Source: Candidatus Latescibacterota bacterium (GTDB lineage: Bacteria; Krumholzibacteriota; Krumholzibacteriia; WVZY01; JAKEHA01). From it: a DNA stretch of 64,000 nt. Where the stretch lies: positions 3,104,001-3,168,000 of the forward strand of contig OY970173.1 of the NCBI GenBank assembly GCA_963707635.1, in the 5' to 3' direction. This document shows, in pieces, positions 34,180-45,155 of this stretch; position 1 is the stretch's first letter; each line of letters opens with the position of its first letter. The translations under genes and the position numbers were made by a program. The notes below the pieces were generated by a model. It worked only from the letters and a program-made list of their open reading frames with translations, did no database searches and was not told where the DNA came from.

Positions 34180-34814
34180 ATGCGCATTCTCGTCATCGGA
34201 GCCAGCGGCGGGACCGGCCGCGAGATCGTGAAGCAGGCCCTCGAGGCCGGCCACGACGTCACCGCGCTGGTCCGCAATCCCGCGAAGTTTTCGCTCGCGC
34301 ACGAACACCTGACAGTGGCGCGCGGCAATGTGATGGATGCGCGCGTCGATCGACGCCACCGTACGCGGCCAGGATGCCGTGCTGTGCGCGCTCGGACACA
34401 AACGCTGGCTGGGACCGTCGAATATTCTCTCGGAGGGAACGCGGAACATCGTCCGCGCGATGGAGACAGCACGGCGTGAAGCGCCTCGTGGTCGAGACGG
34501 CTCTCGGCGTGGGCGACAGCGCCGGCCGGCTCGGCCTCTACTACACGCTCTTCACGATCCCGTTCATTCTCCCCTTCTACTGGCACGACAAGGGGCGGCA
34601 GGAACGCGTGGTGCGAGAAAGTTCACTGGACTGGGTGATCGTGCGGCCGGGGCAACTGACCAACGGACGCAAGCGCGGCGTGTACCGCCACGGGCCGAAG
34701 GTGGGAAACTACCTGTGGTCGGTAAGCATTTCGCGCGCGGACACGGCCGACTTCATGCTCAAGCAGCTCGGCGACACCCCGTATCTCCGAAGCACCCCCG
34801 GCCTCTGCTACTAG
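34180..34814 (+). CDS. NAD(P)H-binding oxidoreductase (biliverdin reductase B-like), two frameshifts (~34345, ~34465)
   Basis: GASGGTG...VTALVRNP, GQDAVLCALG and DWVIVRPG...ISRADTADF appear across three frames. Confidence 0.8.
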
Positions 34815-34904
34815 TGGCGAAACGTTCAACTTAACATTCGCCCCGCCGGGACGGTACAATTGGAGTCGCACGTGCCATGACTCCCTGACCCCGGAGGTAC
34901 GTCG

Positions 34905-37900
34905 ATGCTCCGCTCCCCTCGATTTCGCCTTCGTTCGTACATCTTCTCCCTGATCGCGCTGGTTGTCCTCGCGCTCCCGCCCACCGGCAAAGCCGACGCG
35001 GACACCGTCCCGGACCAAGCCCGCTGGAAGAACGGGGAGCTGCTCGCACCGCTCCCGTCGGATCCCGCGGCCCGCGCCGCGGCCATCGACCGGGCGGTCG
35101 CCCTGGGTGCGGCGCGTGTCCAGCCGCTGTCGGCGAAGTCGGCGACGTTTCCCTCGTCCGCGGTTCGTCCGCAGGTCGGCTATCCCGTGCGCGGCGGCGT
35201 GCCCCCACGGAGACGCGGCGCGCCCGCGCCGGACCCGGCGAAAGTGGCCTGGCTCGACGCGCTCCAGAGTCGCCTGCGCCAATCGGAGCAGGCAGCGGCA
35301 ACCGGCGTCACCCAGGCGCCGGCCGTCGCATCCGGGTCCGTCGCCCCGGCCGTCGAGTTGACGCCCGCGTCGCCCGCGCTGCCCCCGACGACGACGTTCG
35401 ACGGCATCGACGACACCGGTTTCGATCCCGGCTCTCCGGACATTGCCGTCGGCCCCGACCACATCCTCCTCGCCACCACCGACCGCTACGCGATCATGGA
35501 CAAGTGCGGCAACATCCTGGTCGAGGACTTGTTTCGAAACCTGTTCGGCCAGCCGGTATCGCGGTCGTACTACACGCCCAAGGTCGTTTACGACCCCTGG
35601 TTCCCGCACTACGTGATGATCTACATCGGCACCGAAACCAACTACTCGAACAGCGTTCTGTACATTGCCTTCTCGCTGACCGCAGACCCGCTCGGGAGCT
35701 GGTCCACTTACATGCTCGACACGAGCGTGGCTTTCCCCGGGCTCAAGGACGCGCCGTCCATCGCGGTGACACCGGGCCAGATTTACATCACGTACAACCA
35801 GTTCAACCTGTCGACGTTCGCGTACGAGCAAGTCGTGATGCTCGAGCTCGTCAAGACCGACGTGTACGGGAATGCCCCGCTCTCCTATTTCAGCCACCAG
35901 GGCATGACGAACCCGAACGATGCGTCGCCGGCGGTTTCGATTCAACCCGCGCAGATGCGGACCTATGGCGGCGCCATGTACTTCGTGAACAGCTCGCCCT
36001 TCGGCAGCAGTTTCATGACGCTCTGGAGGCTGACCGGTTCTCCGGGAGCGTCCGTCCTGACGGCGTTTGACGTCTCCGTGCCGGCCTACACCGCGCCGCC
36101 AGACATGGCGCAGCCCGACTTGTCGTTGGTGGAGGCCGGGGATTGCCGCATTCGCGACGCGGTCTACGCCTCCGGAAACATCTACGCGGCGTACACGCGG
36201 AACAACGCGGGGTCTCCGACCGTCGAAACGCGTCGGATCGATGTCGAGACGCTGGTCGGCAACGGCATTTTCCTCGGGGGCGGCGATGACATCGCGTACC
36301 CGGCGATCGACATCGACGAGAACGACCAGATCACGATGGCGTATTGCATCACGGGACCGGCGCGGCTGCTTGGAGTCGGGTACAACATCCTCGCGTTCCC
36401 CTCGACCGGCATCACCTCCGGCCCGCTCGTGGTCGGGCTCGCCAACTTCTCGAGCGGTGGCTCCCCCGCCCGGTGGGGTCACTACATCGGTGCGGACCTC
36501 GACCCGACCGACGGCCGCACGGTGTGGATCCAGGGTTGTTACGCCTCCAACGACCCCCTCAATTCGTGGACCACGCGCGTCGGCGCGGTCACCGCGTTTC
36601 CGCCCTCGATCTTCGTCGCCAACACGATGTCGACGACCTCCGTCGCCGGATTCGAGGGCGGACCCTTTGCGCCGGAGCAGATCGACTTCAAGCTCGACAA
36701 CGCCGGCGGCACCACCATGCGCTGGAGCGCATCGGGAGTTCCGTCGTGGCTCACGCCCGAGGCGCTTTCGGGGTCGCTCGATGCCGGGGCGTCGGAGATC
36801 GTGAGCTTCTTCGTCGACGCGGATGCGAACGCGCTGCCGGGGGGCAGCTACGGCGGCACGATTCGCTTCACGAATTGCATGGGTGGCGCGTTCTACGATT
36901 TTCCGGTGCTGCTGTCAGTGGGCATCGACGGCTCGTGTCCCGGCGCGCGTGTGACGCTGGCGCCCCCCTTCGCCCCAACCGGCTCCCTGTACACCGTCGG
37001 CGCCGAAGCCGGTACGTTCGTGACGTCGATCGAAGACGTCGCCGTGTGCGCGATCGGCGTCCAGGCGGCGCTCGATACCCCGCAGATCATCACGGTAGCC
37101 GTGTATGCCGCTGATGGCATCACTCGCCTCGCGCCGATCGCAACCAACTTCGCTTTGGCGGTCACAGCCGGCACGACTGCCATGCACTACGTCCCGCTCG
37201 AAGTGTACCTGGACGCGTGTCAGGAGTACGACATCGCCGTCAGCTTCGACGCCGGCGCGACCTGGGTGTACTGGGACGACACGCAGCCCGGGCTTCTGCC
37301 CGGCGACGTCGGCGGGTTGATGCGGCTACGCGATGCCGAGGCCGCAGGCAACGCTGCCTCCACTTTCATGCCGCAAATCGTGCTCATCACCGAGGGCGAA
37401 GCGTGCACGAACTCCACCAGCCTCGACGCTGGCGCGGGAGAGGGCTTCGAAGTTACCGCCAGCACCGCGCAGGGTCTGTTCGTGCAACCGGAGCGCACGC
37501 TGCGATTGTGCTCGCTCGCGCTGCAGGCCGATCTCACGCCCGGGGCGGCCCTCACCGCCCGCGTCTACTCGGTGTTCGGGAGCACGCGCACCGCCCTGCT
37601 CGCGGAAGGGACGACCATCGTCACGTCGCCGCTATTCACGTTCCACGACGTCCCGATCTCGCAGGTGCTGCTGGCCGGCAGCCAGTACGATCTCGAGGTC
37701 GAGTTCGAAGGCACGGGCGGATGGTGGAGCTACTCGACGCCGCCCGCCATCATTCCGTACTCGGTCGACAACACGATGCAAGTGTACGGGGGTGAAGCAG
37801 CGGGGGTGGTGACATCGCTCCTCCCCCGCCTGCGCCTCGCCTGGACGGATCTATCCGCGGGAACGCCGTTCGACCTGGCCAAGCCGGGTGGTGGCGTCCC

Positions 37901-38606
37901 ACTCACGAGCGGCGGTGCGTTGACGCACGGCGCGTACATAACGGCGCTCGCAGACCAGGAGGTTTACGGGCTCGGCGTGATGGCCGACGTTCCCAAGGGC
38001 GAGTACGTCCTCGCATTCCTGTACGAAGCGACCGGAACCACGCGCGGCCCGTTCGTGACGTCGGGCATCGTGACCTCCGACGGCGCGGGCATGCAGTGGC
38101 ACGACATTCCCATCTCGGCGAGTCTGACGGCGGGCCAGTACGACATCATGTTCAGCGCTCCGTCTGCCACTTCGTGGCCGTACTGGAACGACAGCCCCGG
38201 GCTCCCCTACGACGCGTATGGATGGATCCGGGTCAGAGACGCCGAAGCGGGCGGGGTCGTGGGCACCAGTTTTCTCGCCCACATGCGCGTTCACGCCTGC
38301 AATCCGGTGCTCACTGCCGTTGGCGACAGGCCGCAGCGCGCGCCGATGCTGCTCGACCCGCCGGCGCCGAACCCGGCCACGGGAGTCGTTCGCTTCGGGT
38401 ACTCGATCGATGAAGCGGGAGAGCTGGAGATCGCCGTTTACGACGCGCGCGGCGCGCGGGTCGCCGATGTCGCGCGCGTGCCCCACGCCGGCGTGGGGCG
38501 CAGCGCAGTGGACTTCGACGCGCGGAAGCTACCGAGCGGGGTCTACTTCGTGAAGCTCACGACCCCGACGAAGTCGACGTCACGGAAGTTCGTGGTGATG
38601 CACTGA
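34905..38606 (+). CDS. Large secreted multidomain protein with T9SS type A / FlgD-like C-terminal domain
   Basis: Signal peptide; PDIAVGPDH N-domain; BACON-like Ig segment; three ~150-aa repeats; CTD PNPATG...VYDARGARV...LPSGVYFVKL...RKFVVMH. Confidence 0.8.
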   Translation: MLRSPRFRLRSYIFSLIALVVLALPPTGKADADTVPDQARWKNGELLAPLPSDPAARAAAIDRAVALGAARVQPLSAKSATFPSSAVRPQVGYPVRGGVPPRRRGAPAPDPAKVAWLDALQSRLRQSEQAAATGVTQAPAVASGSVAPAVELTPASPALPPTTTFDGIDDTGFDPGSPDIAVGPDHILLATTDRYAIMDKCGNILVEDLFRNLFGQPVSRSYYTPKVVYDPWFPHYVMIYIGTETNYSNSVLYIAFSLTADPLGSWSTYMLDTSVAFPGLKDAPSIAVTPGQIYITYNQFNLSTFAYEQVVMLELVKTDVYGNAPLSYFSHQGMTNPNDASPAVSIQPAQMRTYGGAMYFVNSSPFGSSFMTLWRLTGSPGASVLTAFDVSVPAYTAPPDMAQPDLSLVEAGDCRIRDAVYASGNIYAAYTRNNAGSPTVETRRIDVETLVGNGIFLGGGDDIAYPAIDIDENDQITMAYCITGPARLLGVGYNILAFPSTGITSGPLVVGLANFSSGGSPARWGHYIGADLDPTDGRTVWIQGCYASNDPLNSWTTRVGAVTAFPPSIFVANTMSTTSVAGFEGGPFAPEQIDFKLDNAGGTTMRWSASGVPSWLTPEALSGSLDAGASEIVSFFVDADANALPGGSYGGTIRFTNCMGGAFYDFPVLLSVGIDGSCPGARVTLAPPFAPTGSLYTVGAEAGTFVTSIEDVAVCAIGVQAALDTPQIITVAVYAADGITRLAPIATNFALAVTAGTTAMHYVPLEVYLDACQEYDIAVSFDAGATWVYWDDTQPGLLPGDVGGLMRLRDAEAAGNAASTFMPQIVLITEGEACTNSTSLDAGAGEGFEVTASTAQGLFVQPERTLRLCSLALQADLTPGAALTARVYSVFGSTRTALLAEGTTIVTSPLFTFHDVPISQVLLAGSQYDLEVEFEGTGGWWSYSTPPAIIPYSVDNTMQVYGGEAAGVVTSLLPRLRLAWTDLSAGTPFDLAKPGGGVPLTSGGALTHGAYITALADQEVYGLGVMADVPKGEYVLAFLYEATGTTRGPFVTSGIVTSDGAGMQWHDIPISASLTAGQYDIMFSAPSATSWPYWNDSPGLPYDAYGWIRVRDAEAGGVVGTSFLAHMRVHACNPVLTAVGDRPQRAPMLLDPPAPNPATGVVRFGYSIDEAGELEIAVYDARGARVADVARVPHAGVGRSAVDFDARKLPSGVYFVKLTTPTKSTSRKFVVMH

Positions 38607-38621
38607 GCGAGCGCCGGACCT

Positions 38622-40314
38622 CTACCGCGCGATCACCATCTTGCGCGTGATCGTCTCTCCCGACGCACTCACGCGACAGAAGTAGACACCGCTCGGCAGC
38701 AAGCGACCCGCGTTGTCACGACCGTTGAATTCGACGCGACGCGATCCGGCCACGTCGGCGAGGGTCGCGGTGCGCACGGCGCGCCCCGCGACGTCGAAGA
38801 CCTCGAGCTGAACCGTGGACGGCGTGGCCAGTTCGATGTCGAGCGACGCCGTGCCGCTGAACGGATTCGGGTAGACCCCGCTCACGAGCAGTGAAGGCAC
38901 CCGCGCGAGTCCCGACACGGCGGTCGGAATCTCTCCGGACGCGTTCAGGTGCTGCGCGTAGATGTCAGTCGGGCCGTTTCGAGAGTCGTACCACGTGACG
39001 ATCGCTCCCGCGGCGCCATCCGATGCGATCGTGGGACTCCCCTTGTCGCTCACGGCGGTCGAGAGAATGACGCCGTCGCCCGTCCACTGGGGAACGCCCG
39101 AGGTATCCACCCGCTGGGCGTAGACGTCGAGCGTCGTCCCATTGCGATAGTCACTCCACGTGACGATCGCTCCGCCGGCGCCGTCGGCAACGAGCGCGGG
39201 AAAGTACTGGTCGCCCGCGGCGGTACAGAGCGCGACCCCGTTGGCCGTCCACTGCGCGGCTCCCAGGGCGCTCACCCGGCGGACGTAGATGTCGTAGCCC
39301 GTCACGGCGCTCCGATTGTCCATCCATGTGACGATCGCTCCCCCGGAACCGTCCGCGATGATCGTGGGAGTCGTGGCCTGGTTGGTCGAGGCGGTTTTCA
39401 GCGCGACCCCATCCCCCGTCCACTGCGGAACCCCCAGGTCGCTCACCCGCTGGACGTAGACTCCGCGGGCGCCGCTGCGACCGTCAAACCACGTCACGAC
39501 CGCTCCCCCGAAACCATCCGCAGCGATCTTGGGGTCGATCTGACCGGCCGAGAGGCCACACACGAGAACACCGTCGGGCGTCCACTGCGGGACCCCGGAA
39601 GGGTTCATTCGCTGCGCGTAGATGTCGTTGTTGCCGCCGCCTCGTGTGTCCTGCCAGGTCACGATCACTCCCCCGGCGCCGTCGGTTGCCGCCGCCGGCA
39701 GCGTCTGGTTGCTCGCGGCGGCGCAGACGGCAATCCCGTTGGCCCCCCACTGGACACTCCCCGCGGCGTCCACCCGCTGGGCGTAGATGTCATAGGTCGA
39801 CCCGTTCCGACGGTCATGCCATGCGACGATCGCGCCCCCCGCACCATCCTCAACGAGCCCGCTTGGGACCTGGTCGTCCGCTGCGGTACAGAGGGCGACC
39901 CCGTCGGGCGTCCACTGGACCGCCCCGGAGGCGTCGATGCGCTGGGCGTAGACATCGACCGCAGAGCCGTTTCGATAGTCCAGCCACATGACGATCGCCC
40001 CTCCGGCACCGTCGGAGACGATCCTCGGTTCGGACTGGTCGCTGGCGGCGAGACAGAGGGCGACCCCGTCCGGTGTCCACTGGGGCATCCCGGCGGCGTC
40101 CACCCACTGGGCGTAGATGTCCGTGGTGGTGCCGTTTCGATAGTCGCTCCACGTCACAATCGCTCCCGCCTGCACCGTCGGAGACGATCGTGGGTATCTG
40201 CTGGTTGTCCGCGTAGGTGCACAACGGGTTGCCGTCCAGCGGCCACGTGGCATGAGCGACCACGGGGAGCGTGAATGAGAGCGCAAGGATGAGGGTAATT
40301 CGCAATGATCGCAT
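38622..40314 (-). CDS. Secreted protein with eight ~55-aa tandem repeats and T9SS/FlgD C-terminal domain (frameshift ~40166)
   Basis: Signal peptide in ORF 39850-40314; repeats W..DGV.LC....Q..P....DG.GGAIVTW.D.R....DIYAQR; CTD YPNPF...VFDVAGR...LPSGVYFCR...RKMVIAR. Confidence 0.82.
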
Positions 40315-40440
40315 CGGGTGCCCCCTTCTGGAGATACAGGTGAAACGGAAGAGTCGCGAAAGGTAGGACGGGCCCCGGGCGGTTCTGTCACACGAAATTT
40401 GCCGGTGCCCGACAAGTCCAAGGAAAGCGGATGGAGATAA

Positions 40441-41326
40441 CTACTGACCAAGGCCAATCTCCTTCAGATACTTCTCGTCGCCTTCGGCGTGGAGCTTCCA
40501 GTACGCGAGCCGCTTCGAACCCGCCAGCTCGCCGGAGACGTCCGGTGGGAGTGACCACTTGATGATGCGGTGCGGATAGGCGGCTTCGATCAGGAATGCA
40601 CCCGCGCGACCGTCCGCCACATGGACGTCATAGCGCATCGCCGTGAACGATCCGGCTGGAACTGTGACCGATTCTGGCTTGCTCGCGCGGATGATCGTCG
40701 CCTGCGTCCATTCGAGCGGATGGTGGGAAAGCCGTGAGAACAGAGACGCCGGGCAGGTACGGCACTGCGCGCGACTCTCCGGCGGCAAGAAACTCCTGGC
40801 GCAGTCCGCGCAGCGCGATGAACAACTCGTCTTCCATCAGGCCGCCCGCCGGCCGGCCGAGCACGATCGGTCCGGACTCGTCTTCGAAGTAGCTGGAGTA
40901 GCTGCCGCGGATTTCCTTCGGCTGGATGATCATCTCCGAATAGACCTGGCCGCACCACTCCGCGCTCGAGAACGATACTTTGACGGGCTCCATGGTGGCG
41001 GTGCGCACGAACACCGACACCATCGTGTTGTAGTCGTAGATGCCGGTCTGAAAATCCCGGACAAGATTCAATTTGAGCACGTCGATGGTGTCTTTCGGGT
41101 CGCTCGGTGGGCGCTCTTCCTTGACGCGCTTCGATTCGCTGAAGGGCTCGGTGACGAAGATCATCACCGCGGTGCCGGCGCGATCCTGCCCGTAGCGCGA
41201 GATGACCAGCCGATAGCCGTCCAGCTCGGCCTGGCCGTCGCGCCAGTGGGAGTCGAACTCGTCCGCGCTCGCGCCGGCCGCCGGCAGCAGCGCGGCGAGC
41301 AGCAGGATCTTCCACGCGGCCCTCAT
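40441..41326 (-). CDS. Secreted conserved hypothetical protein (frameshift ~40745)
   Basis: Signal peptide MRAAWKILLLAALL; W.DG.AE, IFVTEPF, VLKLN, SSAEWCGQ and SYFEDE; C-terminus continues in ORF 40441-40788. Confidence 0.7.
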
Positions 41327-41716
41327 CTGCTTTTCTCCGATCTCCGCGAAGGGGCCTTCTTCGCTTTCGCCCGCGCGGGGCGTTTCCTGCGACGCGCCTC
41401 CTGCACGGTCGACGGCCTCGCGCGCCCATGCGCACAGCTCGCGGTCGTCCTCGAGGACGTCCACCGGGACTTCGTAGTAGCTGCTCATGATTTCTCCAGG
41501 CGCGTATTCGAACGGCTTCATGCCCTGCTCGATGTAGCGCTTCCTCGATTCGTCGCCGGTCAAAAAGTACAGCCGTCCCTCGTCGATGAGTCCGAAGAAG
41601 GACGCATCCTGGTAGAGCCCGATGGCTCCGAACATGCGCTTCGCGCTCACACCGGGAAGGCGCGCGAGCTGGTCCCTGACGAACTCGAGAAAATCCTGAT
41701 CCCGCGCGGGCGCCAT
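41323..41716 (-). CDS. TfoX/Sxy N-terminal domain protein (indel ~41410 falsely fuses it to the next ORF)
   Basis: KRMFGAIGLY...LYF...PFEY...SYYEVPVDVLED...WAREAV. The shifted frame gives a basic tail ending in a TGA that overlaps the next ATG. Confidence 0.8.
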
Positions 41717-41800
41717 GATCCTGACTCTAGCACGACGGCAACCGGCTGTCGCGCGGCTGCCCGCCGTGGTATCGTCCCCGGGAATCCAGGAGGTCGTGTC

Positions 41801-42631
41801 ATGCCAAAGCCCTCTTTCGAAACCGGTATCCTCGTACTGTGCACGCTCGTGCTCGCCGGCGGCTGTTCGAAGAAGAAAAGTCAGAGCGAAGAACACGCCG
41901 CGCCCGCGGCCGAGACGGCCGCCCCCGCCGACGTGCCTCGCATCGTACTCGACATGATCGACGCGCACGGCGGGATGGTGCCGTGGCGTTCCGCGGGAAC
42001 GGTCTCCTTCGAAGACGAGTTCACTTCACCGGGCGGGCCGCCGGAGGTCTCGCGCGTGATGGTCGACCAGCGTACCCGGCGCGCGTACATCGATTTTCCG
42101 GGGACGGATATGAGCCTCACCTGGGATGGCCGGAAGGCCTGGGGCATGAACTGGAAGTCGACGACTCCGCCGCGCTTCCTGGCCCTGCTGAACTACTACT
42201 TCGTCAATCTTCCATGGCTCACGATGGATCCGGGGGTCGAGCTCGCGGCGCATGGCGCCGCGCTCATGGGGGCCGACTCGACCGAGTACGCGATCGTGAT
42301 GATGACCTTCGCCCCCGGCACGGGTGATACCCCCGACGACTACTACCGCCTCTACATCGACCCGCAGACGAAGCGGCTCAAGGGGTTCGCGTACGTGGTC
42401 ACCTACCAGGCGCTGCTTCCCCCGGGCATGGAGTCCACGCCCGAGCACCTGCTCGTGTACGACGCCTTCGAGACCGTGAATGAGTTGGTGGTACCGACCG
42501 CCTATACGATCTACGAGAACGGCGCGCTCTACGCGACCTGCGCCATTCGGAACTGGACCTTTGGCGCGCCATTCGACGAGGCTCGGATGACCATGCCGGA
42601 GGGGGCGGTCGTGGACACGACCACCCCCTGA
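41801..42631 (+). CDS. Lipoprotein of unknown function
   Basis: GGAGG RBS; lipobox LAGGC; IDAHGG..W, YYFVNLPW and GDTPDDYY. Confidence 0.75.
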   Translation: MPKPSFETGILVLCTLVLAGGCSKKKSQSEEHAAPAAETAAPADVPRIVLDMIDAHGGMVPWRSAGTVSFEDEFTSPGGPPEVSRVMVDQRTRRAYIDFPGTDMSLTWDGRKAWGMNWKSTTPPRFLALLNYYFVNLPWLTMDPGVELAAHGAALMGADSTEYAIVMMTFAPGTGDTPDDYYRLYIDPQTKRLKGFAYVVTYQALLPPGMESTPEHLLVYDAFETVNELVVPTAYTIYENGALYATCAIRNWTFGAPFDEARMTMPEGAVVDTTTP

Positions 42632-42749
42632 AAACCGGGCTGGCGCGGACGCGAGGAATCCCGTATACTAGCCCCAGTCAACTGGTTATCCGATAACCTC
42701 CCCTCCTGGAATCGTCCGTTGATTCGCGGGGAGGTTTTCATTACCCTTC

Positions 42750-42776
42750 AAATAGGACTAAATCAGTGCGATTAAA
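42750..42776. promoter_or_regulatory. Candidate Rrf2-family (IscR/SufR-like) operator upstream of sufB
   Basis: AT-rich AAATAGGACTAAATCAGTGCGATTAAA with a GGACT-N5-AGTGC near-palindrome, resembling IscR-type GACT...AGTC sites. Confidence 0.45.
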
Positions 42777-42816
42777 TGAGCTGCCAGATCGCCCGCGTCC
42801 CACCGCGGAGGCACCC

Positions 42817-44289
42817 ATGTCCGAAGCCAAACCGATCCCGGACTCGATGGCTCCCATCCAGGAGCGAATCTCCAAGGATTACGAGTGGGGATTCGTCACC
42901 GAGATCGAGGAAGACAAGCCGCCCAAAGGGCTGAGCGAGGACGTCGTCCGCGCCATCTCCGCGCGCAAGCGCGAACCGGAGTGGCTGCTCGAATGGCGGC
43001 TGCGGGCGTACCGCGCGTGGGTCAAGATGGGGATGGAAGAGCCGACGTGGGCCAACATCCATCACCCGAAGATCGACTTCCAGGACATTCATTACTACTC
43101 GGCGCCCAAGCAGGCCGGCGATCGCCCCAAGTCGCTCGACGAGGTGGACCCGGAAGTGCGCCGCACCTTCGACAAGCTGGGCATCCCGCTGGTCGAGCAG
43201 ATGCGGCTCTCGGGCGTGGCGGTGGACGCCGTGTTCGACTCGGTGTCGGTGGCGACCACGTTCAAGGAGAAGCTCTCCGCGCTCGGCATCGTCTTCTGCT
43301 CGTTCTCGGAGGCCGTCGAGACGCACCCCGAGCTGGTGCGCAAGGCGCTCGGCACGGTGGTCCCCTACAATGACAACTTCTACGCGGCGCTCAATTCGGC
43401 CGTTTTCAGCGATGGGTCGTTCGTGTTCGTGCCGGCGGGGGTCCGCTGCCCGATGGAGCTCTCGACCTACTTCCGCATCAACGCCCGCGAGACCGGACAG
43501 TTCGAGCGCACGCTGATCGTGGCGGAAAAGGGCGCGTACGTGAGCTACCTCGAAGGCTGCACGGCGCCGATCCGCGACGAGAACCAGCTGCACGCCGCCG
43601 TGGTGGAGCTGATCGCCGAGGAAGACGCGACCGTCAAGTACTCGACGGTTCAGAACTGGTACCCGGGCGACAAGGAAGGCAAGGGCGGCATTTATAATTT
43701 TGTGACCAAACGCGGCGAGTGCCGCGGCGCCCGCGCGAAGATCTCGTGGACCCAGGTCGAAACTGGCTCCGCGATCACGTGGAAGTACCCGAGCTGCGTG
43801 CTGACCGGCGACGATTCGACTGGAGAATTCTACTCGGTGGCACTCACCAACAACTACCAGCAGGCCGACACCGGGACCAAGATGATCCACCGCGGCAAGA
43901 ACACCAAGAGCACCATCATCTCGAAGGGCATCTCGGCCGGTCATGGCAACAACAGCTACCGCGGGCTGGTGAAGATCGAGAAGAACGCGGTGAATGCGCG
44001 CAACTTCACGCAGTGCGACTCGATGCTGATCGGCGACAAGTGCGGCGCGCACACGTTCCCGTACATCGAGGTCGGCAACACGAGTTCGTGCGCGGAGCAC
44101 GAAGCCACGACGTCGAAGATCGGCGAAGACCAGCTCTTCTACTGCCGCGCGCGCGGCATCTCGAACGAAGACGCGGTCCACATGATCGTCAACGGCTTCT
44201 GCCGCGACGTGTTTGCCGTGCTCCCCATGGAGTTCGCCGTTGAAGCACAGCGGCTCCTGGCCGTGAGTCTCGAAGGCTCAGTAGGATAG
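42817..44289 (+). CDS. sufB: Fe-S cluster assembly protein SufB
   Basis: [25 protein letters not shown] and [10 protein letters not shown]. Confidence 0.97.
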   Translation: MSEAKPIPDSMAPIQERISKDYEWGFVTEIEEDKPPKGLSEDVVRAISARKREPEWLLEWRLRAYRAWVKMGMEEPTWANIHHPKIDFQDIHYYSAPKQAGDRPKSLDEVDPEVRRTFDKLGIPLVEQMRLSGVAVDAVFDSVSVATTFKEKLSALGIVFCSFSEAVETHPELVRKALGTVVPYNDNFYAALNSAVFSDGSFVFVPAGVRCPMELSTYFRINARETGQFERTLIVAEKGAYVSYLEGCTAPIRDENQLHAAVVELIAEEDATVKYSTVQNWYPGDKEGKGGIYNFVTKRGECRGARAKISWTQVETGSAITWKYPSCVLTGDDSTGEFYSVALTNNYQQADTGTKMIHRGKNTKSTIISKGISAGHGNNSYRGLVKIEKNAVNARNFTQCDSMLIGDKCGAHTFPYIEVGNTSSCAEHEATTSKIGEDQLFYCRARGISNEDAVHMIVNGFCRDVFAVLPMEFAVEAQRLLAVSLEGSVG

Positions 44290-44290
44290 C

Positions 44291-44386
44291 GCGGGTGGCG
44301 CCGACGGGCGCCCGCGCGGCGAGCGAGTCTAGTGCGTAGGCGCGGACGAAGCGAGCCGCAGCGGGCTGTCGGCGACAGGACCCGCG
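44291..44386. repeat. Dispersed GC-rich palindromic (REP-like) element, copy 2, between sufB and sufC
   Basis: Homologous to 9748-9857. Confidence 0.65.
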
Positions 44387-44413
44387 CGTAGTCACAGAGG
44401 GATGGAGACACGA

Positions 44414-45154
44414 ATGCTAGAGATCAAGAACCTCCACGCGAGCGTGGAGGACAAGAAAATACTCAAGGGCGTGAACCTCACCGTCAAGGCCGGCGAGATC
44501 CACGCCATCATGGGTCCGAACGGCTCCGGTAAGAGCACGCTCGCCCAGGTGCTCGCCGGGCGCGACACCTTCGACGTTACCGAGGGGGAAATCATCCTCG
44601 ACGGCGAGAACATCCTCGAGCTGGCCCCGGAGGAGCGCGCCACCCGCGGCGTCTTTCTCGCCTTCCAGTATCCGGTCGAGATCCCGGGCGTGCGCAACAA
44701 CTACTTCCTCAAGACCGCGCTCAACGCGGTCCGCAAGGCGCGGGGCGAGAAGGAACTCGACGCAATGGAGTTTCTGAAACTCGTCAAGGGCAAGATGAAA
44801 CTCCTCAAGATCGACGAGAGCTTCATGAACCGCTCCGTCAATGAGGGATTCTCCGGCGGCGAGAAGAAGCGCAATGAGATCCTGCAGATGGCGATCCTGG
44901 ACCCGAAGCTGTGCGTGATGGACGAAACCGACTCCGGCCTCGATATCGACGCGCTGCGTGTCGTGGCCAGCGGTGTCAATGCACTGCGCAGCCCCGAACG
45001 CGCCGTCGTAGTCATCACCCACTACCAGCGCCTGCTCAATTACATCGTGCCCGACATCGTGCACGTGTTCGTCGACGGCCGCATCATAAAAACCGGTGGA
45101 AAGGAACTAGCATTAGAGCTCGAGAAGGAAGGGTACGCGGAGGTCGCGGGATAA
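44414..45154 (+). CDS. sufC: Fe-S cluster assembly ATPase SufC
   Basis: [19 protein letters not shown] and [10 protein letters not shown]. Confidence 0.97.
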   Translation: MLEIKNLHASVEDKKILKGVNLTVKAGEIHAIMGPNGSGKSTLAQVLAGRDTFDVTEGEIILDGENILELAPEERATRGVFLAFQYPVEIPGVRNNYFLKTALNAVRKARGEKELDAMEFLKLVKGKMKLLKIDESFMNRSVNEGFSGGEKKRNEILQMAILDPKLCVMDETDSGLDIDALRVVASGVNALRSPERAVVVITHYQRLLNYIVPDIVHVFVDGRIIKTGGKELALELEKEGYAEVAG

Positions 45155-45155
45155 C

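Noticed and set aside
38935..40245. Regular DNA repeats as a possible CRISPR array
   Set aside because: The repeats are degenerate, in frame and about 165 nt in period, so they are protein repeats. No cas genes are present.
40628..41968. Apparent fusion of TfoX to a secreted protein (446-aa ORF)
   Set aside because: A one-base shift near 41410 gives TfoX a typical basic tail ending in a TGA that overlaps the next ATG, and the second part has its own signal peptide. Most likely an indel artefact.
18827..42697. TCCGATAAC occurring in two leaders as a sigma28 -10 box
   Set aside because: No correctly spaced TAAA -35 element at either site, and two 9-mer hits are weak evidence.
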